A DNA stretch of 64,000 bases from Seison nebaliae. Lineage: Eukaryota. A model generated the notes under the pieces. That model was not told the origin of the DNA. It was given only the letters and a program-made list of their open reading frames with translations, and made no database searches. The stretch spans positions 1 through 64,000 of the forward strand of contig JALJEE010001120.1 in assembly GCA_023231475.1 (NCBI GenBank), read 5' to 3'. Within the stretch, counting starts at the first letter, position 1. Each line of letters begins with the position of its first letter. Positions 1 to 11,996 of the stretch are shown piece after piece. The translations under genes were made by a program, and so were the position numbers.

Positions 1-109
1 TTGCATCGATGAAAAAGTTATCTGTGTCCAATTTTGTAAATTGAGTAATTCGTTCGATGATAAATGGATATCGATCCGTCAACCAATAAAAGAATTTTGG
101 CACTCCCAT
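1..109 (-). CDS. XRN1: 5' end of an XRN1-like 5'-3' exoribonuclease (runs off the left edge)
   Basis: Not in the ORF track. Minus strand from ATG at 109 reads MGVPKFFYWLTDRYPFIIERITQFTKLDTDNFFIDA, matching the XRN N-terminal pattern MGVPKFxxWxxxRYP...DNLYLDMN. The short spacer fits XRN1 rather than XRN2. Confidence 0.85.
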   Translation of the reverse strand, partial: MGVPKFFYWLTDRYPFIIERITQFTKLDTDNFFIDA

Positions 110-1103
110 TTACAATACAATTCAATACGGATGCAACTGAGTTCTTCGTATAATTTATAATTATTAGTTATTATTAAATCTATCTAAAAAAATATAAAGA
201 GTCCAGTTTTAAAATTACTTCCCAGTTATAAAGGAAAAAATGAGACTAGTGCACGACTGATCATAACACGAGAATATGTTAAAAGGAAAAGAAAAGTAAA
301 AAAACTCGATACCGATAAAAAAAACTCTAATTATACAATCTCTCGAGTGAATTTAAATAGTCATCTATAATATGAATATGTTTGAATGCTATGAAGTGAA
401 TTGGTTACACTCATCAGTAACACAACAATCTTTTTACAAACAATAGATTGAATGTTTGAAATAATTCTTGCTCACCAGTTCCAAATGCAATTCTGCAACT
501 TATTCTCTAGTTTCTCATAATCAATTGCCCAATCTCAATCATTTCTAATATTACGCCCAAACAATTTGAAACTTTTAATTAAATTCTAAATGTAAAAATA
601 CGATGCAAAGAATCTGTACAATGTGATGTACAATTTGAAACAAATATAAATTAAATCACGTGGAAAATATTGTACACAAAAAAGAACATTAACAAAAAGA
701 CAAAATAAACAGAAACGAAGAAAATATAATCATTTCTGTTCAATGTTTCCTAATTGCAATTGTGAAAAATATAAAAAGACAGAAAAATTTAAAAAGTTGC
801 ATTTACGAATATATTCATAATTGTACTATCGATGGTATTAAGCTTCGTTTTTCATTATTTCCAAATTACTTTTTATTGTTAATGTATCTCTATTGACAAT
901 TCCTCTTACCTATAACCAAGGTATATATTATATAGTATATAATATACACCATTTCATAAGTTTCTTAGCTTGTTCATGTTCTCAAAAACAACCATGATAT
1001 TCATACGCTACGAAGATAATAAGACTTGTTCTCTTACAAATTTTTTAGTGACTTCCCTTCTTTTCCTCACTTGAAATCGGTGCTGTGTGAGGTGATCTGT
1101 AGT

Positions 1104-1337
1104 AGTAACATTCTCATTAGCCGACATGATGTGAGTAAAACTACCTCTCACACCATATGTAGGTGATTATCGTTAACGACTTCGGTCGCAATATAAATAG
1201 AGAACTCATTCTCTACCAGATTATGCTTTTCTGTATTATGCTTTTTCTATATTCGCAGTTACACTATTGATAAACCTTCTTCGTTCAATCACTGGTTTGG
1301 TGTACTTTCATATATTGGTCATTAATGAGAATTTACA
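1104..1337 (+). mobile_element. probable solo LTR (~234 bp)
   Basis: Imperfect terminal inverted repeat AGTAACATTCTCATTA...TAATGAGAATTTACA (ends in CA; left end one base off TG). TATAAA at 1192. Flanks gtagt/ttagt are a 4/5 match to a 5-bp target-site duplication. Confidence 0.5.
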
Positions 1338-2022
1338 TTAGTAAAAATTTATCATGGTAGTTACAAATGTTGAAATGAGATCTACTTATTAAAATATGTT
1401 GCATGATAAAAGTTTTTCAAAATGGAAAAATGAACAATTTTAACATGTATCTGATTACATATTAAGTAATTATATTAAGTTTCAATGAAAGTTTTAAAAA
1501 GTTTTGTTAAGAGAAGATTGTTTGTTTATGAAAGAAAAATTTTTTATTTGCTCTCTCACAATTCTCTTGTCAGTTGTTTTGTGGGTGATATGATGATATG
1601 AATTGAATGCAACCAAAGAAGAATCGTTTGATCCATTAACAGTTTAATTAATACGTAGAAATTTAGGAGAATAATAAAAATGAATTAATATTAATAGAAA
1701 TTAATATTAAAAACAATTTTTATTCAGTATGAAAAAGAGAAAGTGATTGAAATAAAAGAAATGAAGTTTTGGATGAAAAGAAGGAAAAAATTCATTTATA
1801 ATTTGCAGGAATTATTGTATGGAAATAAATTGATATACATAAATATATTTCTTATACGATAATTGAAGTTGAATAATAAATAAAATTAAAAGAATAATAA
1901 AATGAATGTGTTTGACTGCGCTATATATTTTATGTGTGGATGAGGATGATGTTTTTATTAAACTATTCTACTTTTGCAATTGTTTCCTTCAACCCATTAC
2001 CAATCCAACTCTTAGTTCGATG

Positions 2023-5000
2023 CTAGAGATGTGGATCGAGAGCTTTCAAATATTTCTCATCTATCAACCTGGGCAACAATTTGAACCTACGACAAATGAA
2101 GAAGAAGTGAGTAAATGTCTCTTTAAACCTGAACGGTATCATCAAAGCAACAACAACAGGAAATGATATTTTTAGATATGGCCACGGAAATAAGCCGACG
2201 AACGACAGAACGGACAGTTGTATCAATTGTAAGAATGTGAAGAGATGCATCTTCCGTTGTGGTACTCGTCTGATGTAGTGATTGGGTGGATATGCTGACT
2301 ATTAAATAATGGAGATATTTGAATTTTTCAAATGAAAAAATGAAACTTGTTCCATAAAAATGAGAATTGTTCGATCGAAAATTTGACTTCCATCCATTCC
2401 CGTAATGGCGAGATAGAAGAAGATTCCGTCGAGCACCGCCACTGGTATCTTTATCAACGGTTTCGGCAACATGAGTAATGAGAGACCGATGAGTATATGA
2501 CTCAATAAGCCCGTCAATCTCGTCTCACGTACATATACGATACTGAAGATAGATAATATGAGAATTAACCACTTGTTCAATGAGAATAATAACACAGAAG
2601 ACACATGTCCTTGATCTACCTTCTCTTCTGTATCAGCCAATGCTTTCACATGTAGTACGGAATGAGGCGAAGCACCGTGCAACCATGTTAATCCGAATAC
2701 TGATAGAAAGGCATTAATTATAGCCACTACCAAAATATCCACATGATAGGCCGGTCCTTTCTTCAATCTGTTCAATTAACAATTTAATAAAATTATTTTT
2801 CAAATTTTTTTTTAATTTAATTTTTTTCCAATTAAATTTGTTTTAAAATTTAATTTTCTCTAACCGATTCACCGAACTATTTACCGAGGCGTTCGTAATC
2901 GTTTGATCCAGAAAACATAAGAGAGCTAGAAAGAAACCGAGTAAAGCGGAGCCCAACACCGCCCACGTGTCCAGCAGAAGTAGAGGAGCGAAAGCGAACA
3001 TTTCACTTTCCGTCTCTTTGTGCATAAACGGTTTCACTTCGATGAATGTTCAATACATTTCGATTAGGGAATGAAGAGCAAACATTTTATCGCTTTGAAC
3101 ATGTCTGATCCGAAATACGACATAATCAGTACGGATATTGGTAAGCCGAAATCGGTAAGTAATTCTCGTTTTCTTGCATTGAGGAAAGGTCTATAAAAAA
3201 CGGAAACGAATTAATAAAATGAGATTAATAATTAAATTTAACGTTTTCTTGAAGTTATAGAGGAAGATGGCGAACCACGTCGTTCCGAAAGTAAGAATGA
3301 GATATAATAGACTATTCTCTCGATAACATGGTGCACCTGATAATTGATATGATCGATTGAGAATGAAGCAAAGTGAAACTTTCAATAATTGGCGGTTCAC
3401 TACTTTTCCGTTCGAGACTCTCCTCGATGAGGATGTCTTGTGTTGCACAAGTAGTTGAGAAGTAATTTTGTTTGAAATCTACGAAAGTTGTGATGAATTT
3501 TAAATAAATAATAATAATAAAAAAATTAGAAAATTTAAATGCGATGAAAATGAAACTGGTATGAATGTGACGAATGGCGTCCACCACAAATGCGATACAG
3601 ACGAACGCCGTGAAAATTTCTTCAAGAGATCTCGTCGTTTTTTTGATGACAGCGTTCGAAATGTTGGAAACGGCGAAAATGATGAGGAAGAACGAACTCC
3701 ATAAGCCGACCATCGCGTACATTGCAAAGAAGTTTATGTGATAATCTTTGCAAATAACCGTCACGACTTTGATAATTAAAATTTATTAATGGAAATTTAG
3801 TGAGGGTAATTTTAAAGAATTGACGGAAACTTTTTATGAAAATTGATAAGGGCAATGTCGTCATGATAATCATGAGTGGTTGTCCACCGAACAATGAGAA
3901 GGTCAGACCACCAATACATTGCGCTAATATGGTTTTCCTCACACCAATTTTACCGCCTGTATTCGTATCATTCAGTACTCCAAAGGCAATGGATGGAAGT
4001 AAACATGCAAAAAAGAGAAATAGGACGGTCGATGATACTTTTCTAAGGACTCGATGACCAAATAACCCTAAATTTTTAATATGTTTAGAAAAAAATTTGA
4101 AAATTAATAAAACGAAAACCATCTAAATAATCCGATTGATAGAGTTTGGTTCTTCGATGAAAATCATCACGAACACCTTCACCAATTGTACGAAAGAATT
4201 CGAATCGGAGAACCAACTTTTTTCTTTTACGTTGGCACCATTTGAAGAATGTATTTGATGGCTGAAAGGCCAATTAATGATGGAAATGAGCAGGAACGTT
4301 AAAAAGTTAAACTTCGACAACTTCCGCTGTTTTCTCAACATCTTTCGACGACGTATTCAGTTCATTCAGATGTGACAGATTGATTTGGGAATGTTGATCA
4401 ACAAATTCTTCGTGTTTTTGCTGAGATTGCAAGTCGCCAAGACGATCAGCATTTTGCTAAAATAAATAAAGTTTTTGACCGGCTAAAAGTGACGGGAATG
4501 GGAAACCCCAATAATGACAGCGAATTCATGCGCGTTCACCGCTTGTAATAATTTGTTACGAATTTCCATATCGGAGAAAATAGTGGCGAATGTTCGTGCT
4601 GTTTCTAAAGAATTTTTCGTTTCTTTCTTTCAAATTCAAGAAATTTTTTCGAAAATAATTTTTCAGTATTTTCTGAAGGAGAAGAATTTTGTGGAAGAAA
4701 TTAACTTCTTTCACCGGTGTCAGTACGAGAATAATGAAAACAACATCTTGGCACGTCTTCCCAAGATTCACAGGTTTCTTCATTCGAGCAATAGCTACGT
4801 AACGTTTCTGAATTGATTTCGCTTCACTCATAATACAAATCCATGAATGATCGTACGACCATCCATTCTCACTGTGTGTAACACCTTGGACCCATCTCTT
4901 CATCATATGTACTAGAATGACGGTTTTTTTATGGTTTCTATTAAAACACTATATTGGAGACTAACCATCGTGTTCGACGAAAAACGCGTTACGCACTTCG

Positions 5001-6094
5001 GTCAAATCGAAAGTGTCGTCTCGTTCTCGAGCCATTTGATAAATTCGGTCAACTAGCACGCCAATTAACCGATCTAATGTATGATCTGGTACGTTCAACA
5101 TAACGACGGCAGTTGAGAGGAATGCTCGAACATCTAATCCGCCACGAATCTCCGCATGGAAATCTTTCATGGGAACATGCTGGAAAAATTTGAAAATAGT
5201 TTTAAAAATTTGAAAAAATAAATGGAAATAAACCTCGAAACGTCCATGAACTAAAGTGATTGCGGTTCCTTTGGATGATTGGAGATGCCATTCGCCGTCA
5301 TCGAATGTCCATTTGCAGGCGGTCGTTTTTGACGGATTAACGCTTTTGGATATTGGTGTGGCATTCGAATTGGTATTGGACATGATACTGAGAGATCGTT
5401 TGGATGAAGTTAATTTGGAACGAAAAATTGATGATCGTCTTGCATTGGACCATCGTTTGAAACTGCCAGTTCGACTGGAATGTTGTGAATATTGATTATT
5501 TGAATTGTGATTCATATTTCCGTGTTGGTTGTTAATACATTGCTGACTGTGACCAGATACAGGAACTAACATACTAGCGAAACTACCACTCATTCCTGTA
5601 TCTCGATCTTCATCCGTTACGATGACTTGATGTTCCGATTCTCCGATGAGATCGAATGAATTGAAATAATGGTTCGATGATTTACTCTCATGAATACTGT
5701 AAACGGAATCATTCTTTCGTTTCTTCGGCGAATGATTCTGAGACGATGAAGTTATCAGATTTGAAATGCCAATTAATTCACTGATTCGATCCTGTTTCTT
5801 TTCGTCTCGAACGACTGGAGATTCGGATGTCACGTTTTTCATCACTCCACGTCGACTGCGTTTCTTGCGGGGAGATGATTTTGGAAGATTGAGCGGATTC
5901 AATGTAATCGCTTTCGTTTTCCCGTCCTGATCGCCGCTACTGACCGTCGTGGATGGTGAGAGTATTCGATGTTCATCCGTTTTCGATAAGGATTTGGAGG
6001 AATTACTATTGGGCAATGAATAGGATATCTGTTCGTCGTTGTATGGAGGATCATTGTTCTCATTCGACAGTAGATGTTTCCTTTCTTCGGTCAT
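2023..6094 (-). CDS. SLC4A11: SLC4A11-like bicarbonate/borate transporter family protein, ~14 exons
   Basis: Spliced ORFs give SLC4 motifs FLFFACLLPSIAFG, LFGGQPL, TRSLEEIF, RLKKGPAYHVD, VRETRLTGL and PPNHYIRRVP, plus a long Ser/Asn-rich N-terminal extension. Thirteen GT-AG introns restore the frame. Confidence 0.9.
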
Positions 6095-9000
6095 AATTGT
6101 TACCTCTTCACGTAGATTCCTCGACAACGAGGAAGCATAGACTGTTTAGGAAACTGCAATAATTTACCATCTATTCTTGAGAAATAACACGAGATATATT
6201 GGAGAAATGGAAAGATGAGAGGAAAGGATACATTGGAAAAAGTAATAGTTATTATCGTATTAAACGAGAGATGGACGACGAATGTGAAGAAATTAAAGAA
6301 ATTCATTTGAGTGAATTACTTCACTCACTCCACAAATGGCATTTCTCGAAAAATTCATTTCATTTCCTCACTTACATACAGTGCAACATAAATGCACCAT
6401 TTCTGCATGTGATGTGCTAATGCATGATCTGTGTACATATGTTTTGCATGAATCCTTTGAAAGGAAAGGAAAACTTTGCCAGTTCTCACTACGGTCGAGA
6501 TGTGAATTGGATTAAATAATTATGGAATTCTTGAAGGAGAAATGAAGATGGAGAAATGAATGAATGTGAATCCGTGTTGATATGTTTAAGGAGAAATTAT
6601 TCGACTTTCATTCTCTTCTAAGCGGAAGATGAAATGACGAAATATTAATTGAAGAAACCCGAATATAGAAGGAACTTGTATAAATGAGAGGAGGAATATA
6701 ATGGCAGTGTTAAAAGAAGAAAAGGAAAGTTTCAATGGTAAATCGTTTCATGCGAGAACAATCTACAATTTATCAAGTACGAGAATGCGATGGAAAGTAG
6801 TTAGGGAGAAAATGGATTTATTGAATCTCTCCCCATGCATAAAGATGACTCGATAACTTTCCAAACGGATAAATTGTTGAATGATGTGACCTTCAAATAT
6901 TGAAATGAATTGAAAAGTGGAGTGGGAGGAATTTCAGTGGAACTTAATGTTTCCGCCAACAAATCTGCACTGCCCCCTCCGAAATGAGCGCAGCGTGTAA
7001 AAAGAAGGAGAGAACGAGAGAGAGAAAAGAGTTTTGTGAAAAAAGTTTAAATGAAACTTTTAGGATTTGGACACTCTCCTTCAACCAATCAATCCACCAG
7101 TAATACAAAGAAAAATTTTATTGAACTTTATAACTCCCTCGTAATTTTTAAAGAAATTATTTAGGAGAGAGTATCGAACAAGAAATATTGAAGGAATAAG
7201 AAATTTTTTAAACATAAAAAAATTCTCATATTTTCTTTATATGGTACGGAGTTAGTTGTGGAACATTTATTTATTATTGAAATTTGACTGAAGGTATTTC
7301 TGTCCGTAAAAAACAGAAGAATTTGTATATTATTATGCATCAGTACATGAACATTCAGTTAGTAGTTTAAGTATTAGGGAATAGTTTTTTTTAGTCCTAA
7401 TCGACCACATTTGGCAGTAGTGTCTCAGACGGAATTTACGATGATTTTTGATGGAGAAATGAGTGAAATATAATTGAATTAATATGTAGTAGATTTGTGC
7501 GTGAATAGGCTGAAGAGTAGATATTCAGGCAAATTACCTCACTTGTATGATTTGGGTGAAGAGAAATGATTTTATTTAGAGGAAAATGAATTTGATTTAC
7601 TTTCAATAATTATCACCTTCTCCAATTACTAATTATGGCAGAGATTGATTCATTCGTCGTTTAAACTGAATGAAATTCGAACTGGAATTTCTGCACCAGA
7701 ATTACGACTGTTTCATCGAACTACTTTTATTAAAAATATTATTTCTAGTCGTCTACTGGAACGACGGAAAGGAAATCGAAGATCTTATCTAACAATCCCC
7801 ATAATTTCGTTATTATTACGATCATTACCGTTACTATTCTTAACATTCTTCTCAAAACAATTCGAGAATGACAGTAATAATGATAATAATGTAAAACTTT
7901 CATCATGGGCATATGTTACGTCATTAATTTATACATAGATAACAGGAAGACATGATATAAAAGAGAAAAAGAAAAGTAAGAAGAAATGATTTGGATAGTG
8001 AGAGCAGGAAAGATCATTCATTTGTCGTACCGAGTTTTGCATGTCGGAAGTGGTAACATATCAATCATTCGACGAATTATACGTCAGAACAATTGAATAG
8101 TTGATTTGATTGCCAATGAAGATGGATTGGTGAATAAAGTAGAATAATGCCAATGTAAGTAGCATTCAAACTAACGACAACAACAGCAACAACAACAACA
8201 ACATTAATCTTTGATAACAATAATAAAATTACACAATAAATTCTCATGTAATGAACTGAGATGGAAAACGAATGAATGAATTGAATGGAAATACGAGTTA
8301 TACGACAAACAAAATTTTTATGTATTTCTTCTACTTACACATTCTTTTTCTTTTGGATAATTCATCATTAGGAAAAAATTATTTCGGACAACTCGTCACC
8401 GGAAAAAAATTATTTCACACAGTGTCCAAATAAACTTTTGATCGATTTGAATAAATTTGGAATGAAATTGAATTTTGAATTGTCGTTGTTGAAGTGGATT
8501 TTCCACAACAATTATCAGTTGTTCGAATGACGAAATTAAGAGGAAATTTGAAGGGAACTGAAGATGAAATTATCGGGTGAAGAAATCACTGTGTATGGAA
8601 AAGATGAATGTGCAAACTTCTTGCACCATTGTATGGTGATGGCACAATCGTTAAGGAACGTTGGCCAAAGAAGCGAATAAGTGACTCGTACTGAACCTGT
8701 CTCTCGACCAACTTCCGCAATAACTCTTCCTCGCAACCGTCAATTATAGGAAGATTAATTTTCCAATATTATACCATTTCTGCAAAAAATTTACAAGCGA
8801 CCTTTCCCACCATCAATAATATTCCAGGAAGTTATATTCCAGTTCAATAATAAGTTTTATTAAATAATCAGTTGAAAGTGATGAAAAACATTTCAAATTT
8901 GTCGAGAACTGCGTGAAATATTCTCCGACAATTTCAAGAGGAAATTTTCGAAAGTAGTGAATCATCTCGGAATGAAAATAAAAAAGGATTTCAACTTACT

Positions 9001-9998
9001 CTTCTTTTAGAAAGAGATGCATTTCAATTGATAACATTTGCATTCTATTACTTCTGACTATTCATTATATTCTCTTTCATCAAGGTCCAATCACGTAGAC
9101 GTTGTACATTCTTCATCAATTTCTATAAGTTATAAATCGAACAAAAAAAAATTTGAAACTATTGAAATTAAACAAGAATTTTAAGAAAATTACAACTGCC
9201 TTAAAATTACTCAATTTTCCGAATTTGATATCGATCAAAGCGCTCAAGTGAATTACTTGAATATTTACATAATAAAATCATAGATATAACTCATCATACA
9301 GATATCTCATATAACTATATTAACTGACTGTTGTCTTTAGAAGAGAATTTTAACAACAATAATATGTAATAATACTAACCATTTAATTTGCAGAAATCCT
9401 TTTAATTTTGTAATTTTTCAAATTTATCAAAAAGAAGAAGATAACATTCTTTGAGCACGATATCAGCATAAGCTTCATCCAATTTTGTCTTGTAAGAAAT
9501 TTCAACTTTTTTAGATAACTATTCACTGTGGAAGATCGACACCGCCAAACCATAAAAAGGCACAATAATAAACTTTACAAATATTTTAGGTCTCAAATTA
9601 GAAAAGTAAAATTTGCATCGATTTTAAAAGAAAGAAAAAATCTCGATAATTTAAATCTAATTATGTTCTCTAAAATGGAATGATCAGATATCCAAAACGA
9701 ACATCACTTTAAGAATTGTTCTTATGATTATTCCATAATTTCTTCAATGACTCTCCCAAATATTTACGGAACCAGAATACATATTTGTTGGACTTATTTA
9801 TTAATGTAAATAATCCAAATTTTTTGGAATCAACTTCAATTACACAAGATGAATTTATGGTAAATTTATGATTCGTTAATTCCTGAAATAATAGGAATCA
9901 ATAAATGATCTCATAAATGATAAATGATTTATGAAAAAATGAAAGAAAAAAATTGAAAATTTTAAAAAAAATTTTCCGGAGTAAAAGTTTGGCGAGCG

Positions 9999-10291
9999 AT
10001 GAATTTAGATTTTATCGATGACACTAAAAATGAAGTTCGGTGAGTATAACAAATAATTGAACTTTGTTGAAGTTGATTAATGATGTTGGGATTTTTAGGA
10101 GAAAACTTGGTGGAAATCATCTTTCAGGTTTTAGAGAGACCATAATATTTAAATAACATTATTTTATTATCTCTAGGGAAGGAAGTCTTATGTCTTATGA
10201 GTAGAATTCTATTTCTCTTTTCCTTTTGATAATTGACTTGAATTGACATATATTAGACAGCGTTTTTACCATCATTGGAGAAATGGGATAA
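9999..10291 (+). pseudogene. possible small spliced ORF or decayed gene (~42 aa)
   Basis: ATG at 9999 followed by three GT-AG segments of local intron size (10040-10098, 10128-10176, 10201-10256) giving MNLDFIDDTKNEVRRKLGGNHLSGKEVLCLMNSVFTIIGEMG*. No recognisable homology. Confidence 0.2.
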
Positions 10292-11304
10292 CGATGATCA
10301 ATATTGATGGAATCGATTGAAAAGACGATTATAGTATTTTAAGTTCGTGATAGAATTTTGGGAAAGGAAGTGGGAATGAAATTCTATCTTTCTGTGATAC
10401 AGAAATGTGACATGGTCTTTGAAAGAATTTCTTTATATTTCAATTGATTTTCTATGTAACAAAATCGAGCACTCTCTTTCAATTCATCATCAAATAAATT
10501 GTTTTTCTATTATTTACTTCATTTTTTTTCCTCCTAAAACTGATGATTTAGAAGATGCTTTAAAAAATAAAGAAATTTACTCTATTTGAACGACTGTATA
10601 TAGTTTAGTTGATGTTTATTGATGGATGGTCGAAAACGGCACAATTGACTTTATTATATGTTTTTCCTGTAATTAGTTCTTTAAAAACTGATTAACTAAT
10701 TGGATTATTGTTGGATGAGATAAATCTTAATTTTCATCTACAATCAATTGGAACTCATTTCAAATTCTCGAAGAATTCTCTCGGTTTTCGACGAAAAGGG
10801 GAAAATTTGAAACAAAATTCAAAAATTTTAAATTGGTTTAAGTTAAAGGAGTTGCGATAGAATAAAGATGAGAAAACGAATTTATGAAAACATTATTTGG
10901 AGATTATGATTTTGAAAGAGGAAAATTAGGAGAGTGAGTTTGTTGGGAGGAAGACATGCAGTGAGATGGGATCATGTGATGGAATCACATTGATAGAGAT
11001 GGATGTGTGAACATCAATGGGAATGATAGGAATGAGATGTCTCCTAAAAAGTATTTGGGAGATATAATGGTGGGGTTGGGTGGGGGGTCATGTTAAGTGG
11101 AAGCGAGAATGTGTGTTAGAATAGCGATTGAAGAGGATCGTTAATATGGCGATGGGAGAGTGGAGTAGTAAATTATGTGAATCACTTCGGAAATTGCATA
11201 ATAGGAGAATGAAATAAAATGAAACAATCGATGGAATCAATTATTCGAGTACGACATTCATCGAAATTGAATATGAACTTTCCTACTTAACAATAATCGT
11301 TTGG

Positions 11305-11335
11305 AGATAGATAGATAGATAGATAGACAGATAAA
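11305..11335. repeat. (GATA)n microsatellite
   Basis: agatagatagatagatagatagacagata seen directly. Confidence 0.85.
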
Positions 11336-11971
11336 TGGATAGATGGATGAAAAGATAAATAAATGGAGGAATAGTTGGATGGTCGAATGGATTGGCTAAC
11401 TTTTCAGTCCGTTGTCATTCCTCCACACATACAGACATGCGCACACACATGCACACTCACGCAGAGTATTAAAAGAGCGGATACACTTAAAAACATGGAA
11501 CTATTCGTCTACGTGCGCACATAGGACCAGTGGGGAGAGAAGGGGACGTGAGAGCTGCAACTATGAATATATTAGAGTTAATCGTAAAAAATAATCTTCT
11601 AATGAATTACACAACAACTGTCAGATTAAAGGAGATGATGTTGAAGAGGAATCGACTTTACACGATTTAAAAAAGAATGGGTTGAGCGAGCAAATGAAAG
11701 GGGAGAAGAATGAAAGAAAGAAAAACAAAATGAAGAATAATTTGACGAGATAGACTTTTCTTTTTTTTTCTCGTCGAGAACGAAGAGAAAACAAGTGAAA
11801 ACGAATTGTCGATTTCCTTTGACTTCGTGCAATGGGGAAATGGTTAGCTGGAATGAAAGCTGATTACCAATGTATTCGTACGCCGTGTGTGTTGGGTGGG
11901 AGCGGGCCACATGGATTTATTATACGTACCGAGAACAACTCATAATTCCAAAGTATATGGCACTCGTAGTT

Positions 11972-11996
11972 GATGATGATGATGATGATGATGATG
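11972..11996. repeat. (GAT)n microsatellite
   Basis: gatgatgat... run seen directly; it explains the poly-H/poly-I ORFs here. Confidence 0.85.

Noticed and set aside
2302..5230. Fragmented SLC4 ORFs suggesting a pseudogene, frameshifting or an alternative genetic code
   Set aside because: All breaks are resolved by short GT-AG introns, and long intronless ORFs end at ordinary stops
8380..8760. Slightly GC-richer block with a TIR-like cagtgtccaaataaactttt and short broken frames
   Set aside because: No partner TIR or recognisable protein motif found; cannot support a call
11838..11866. tggttagctgg and tgaaagctgatt resembling the 3' parts of miR-34 and bantam
   Set aside because: Seed sequences absent and no precursor hairpin
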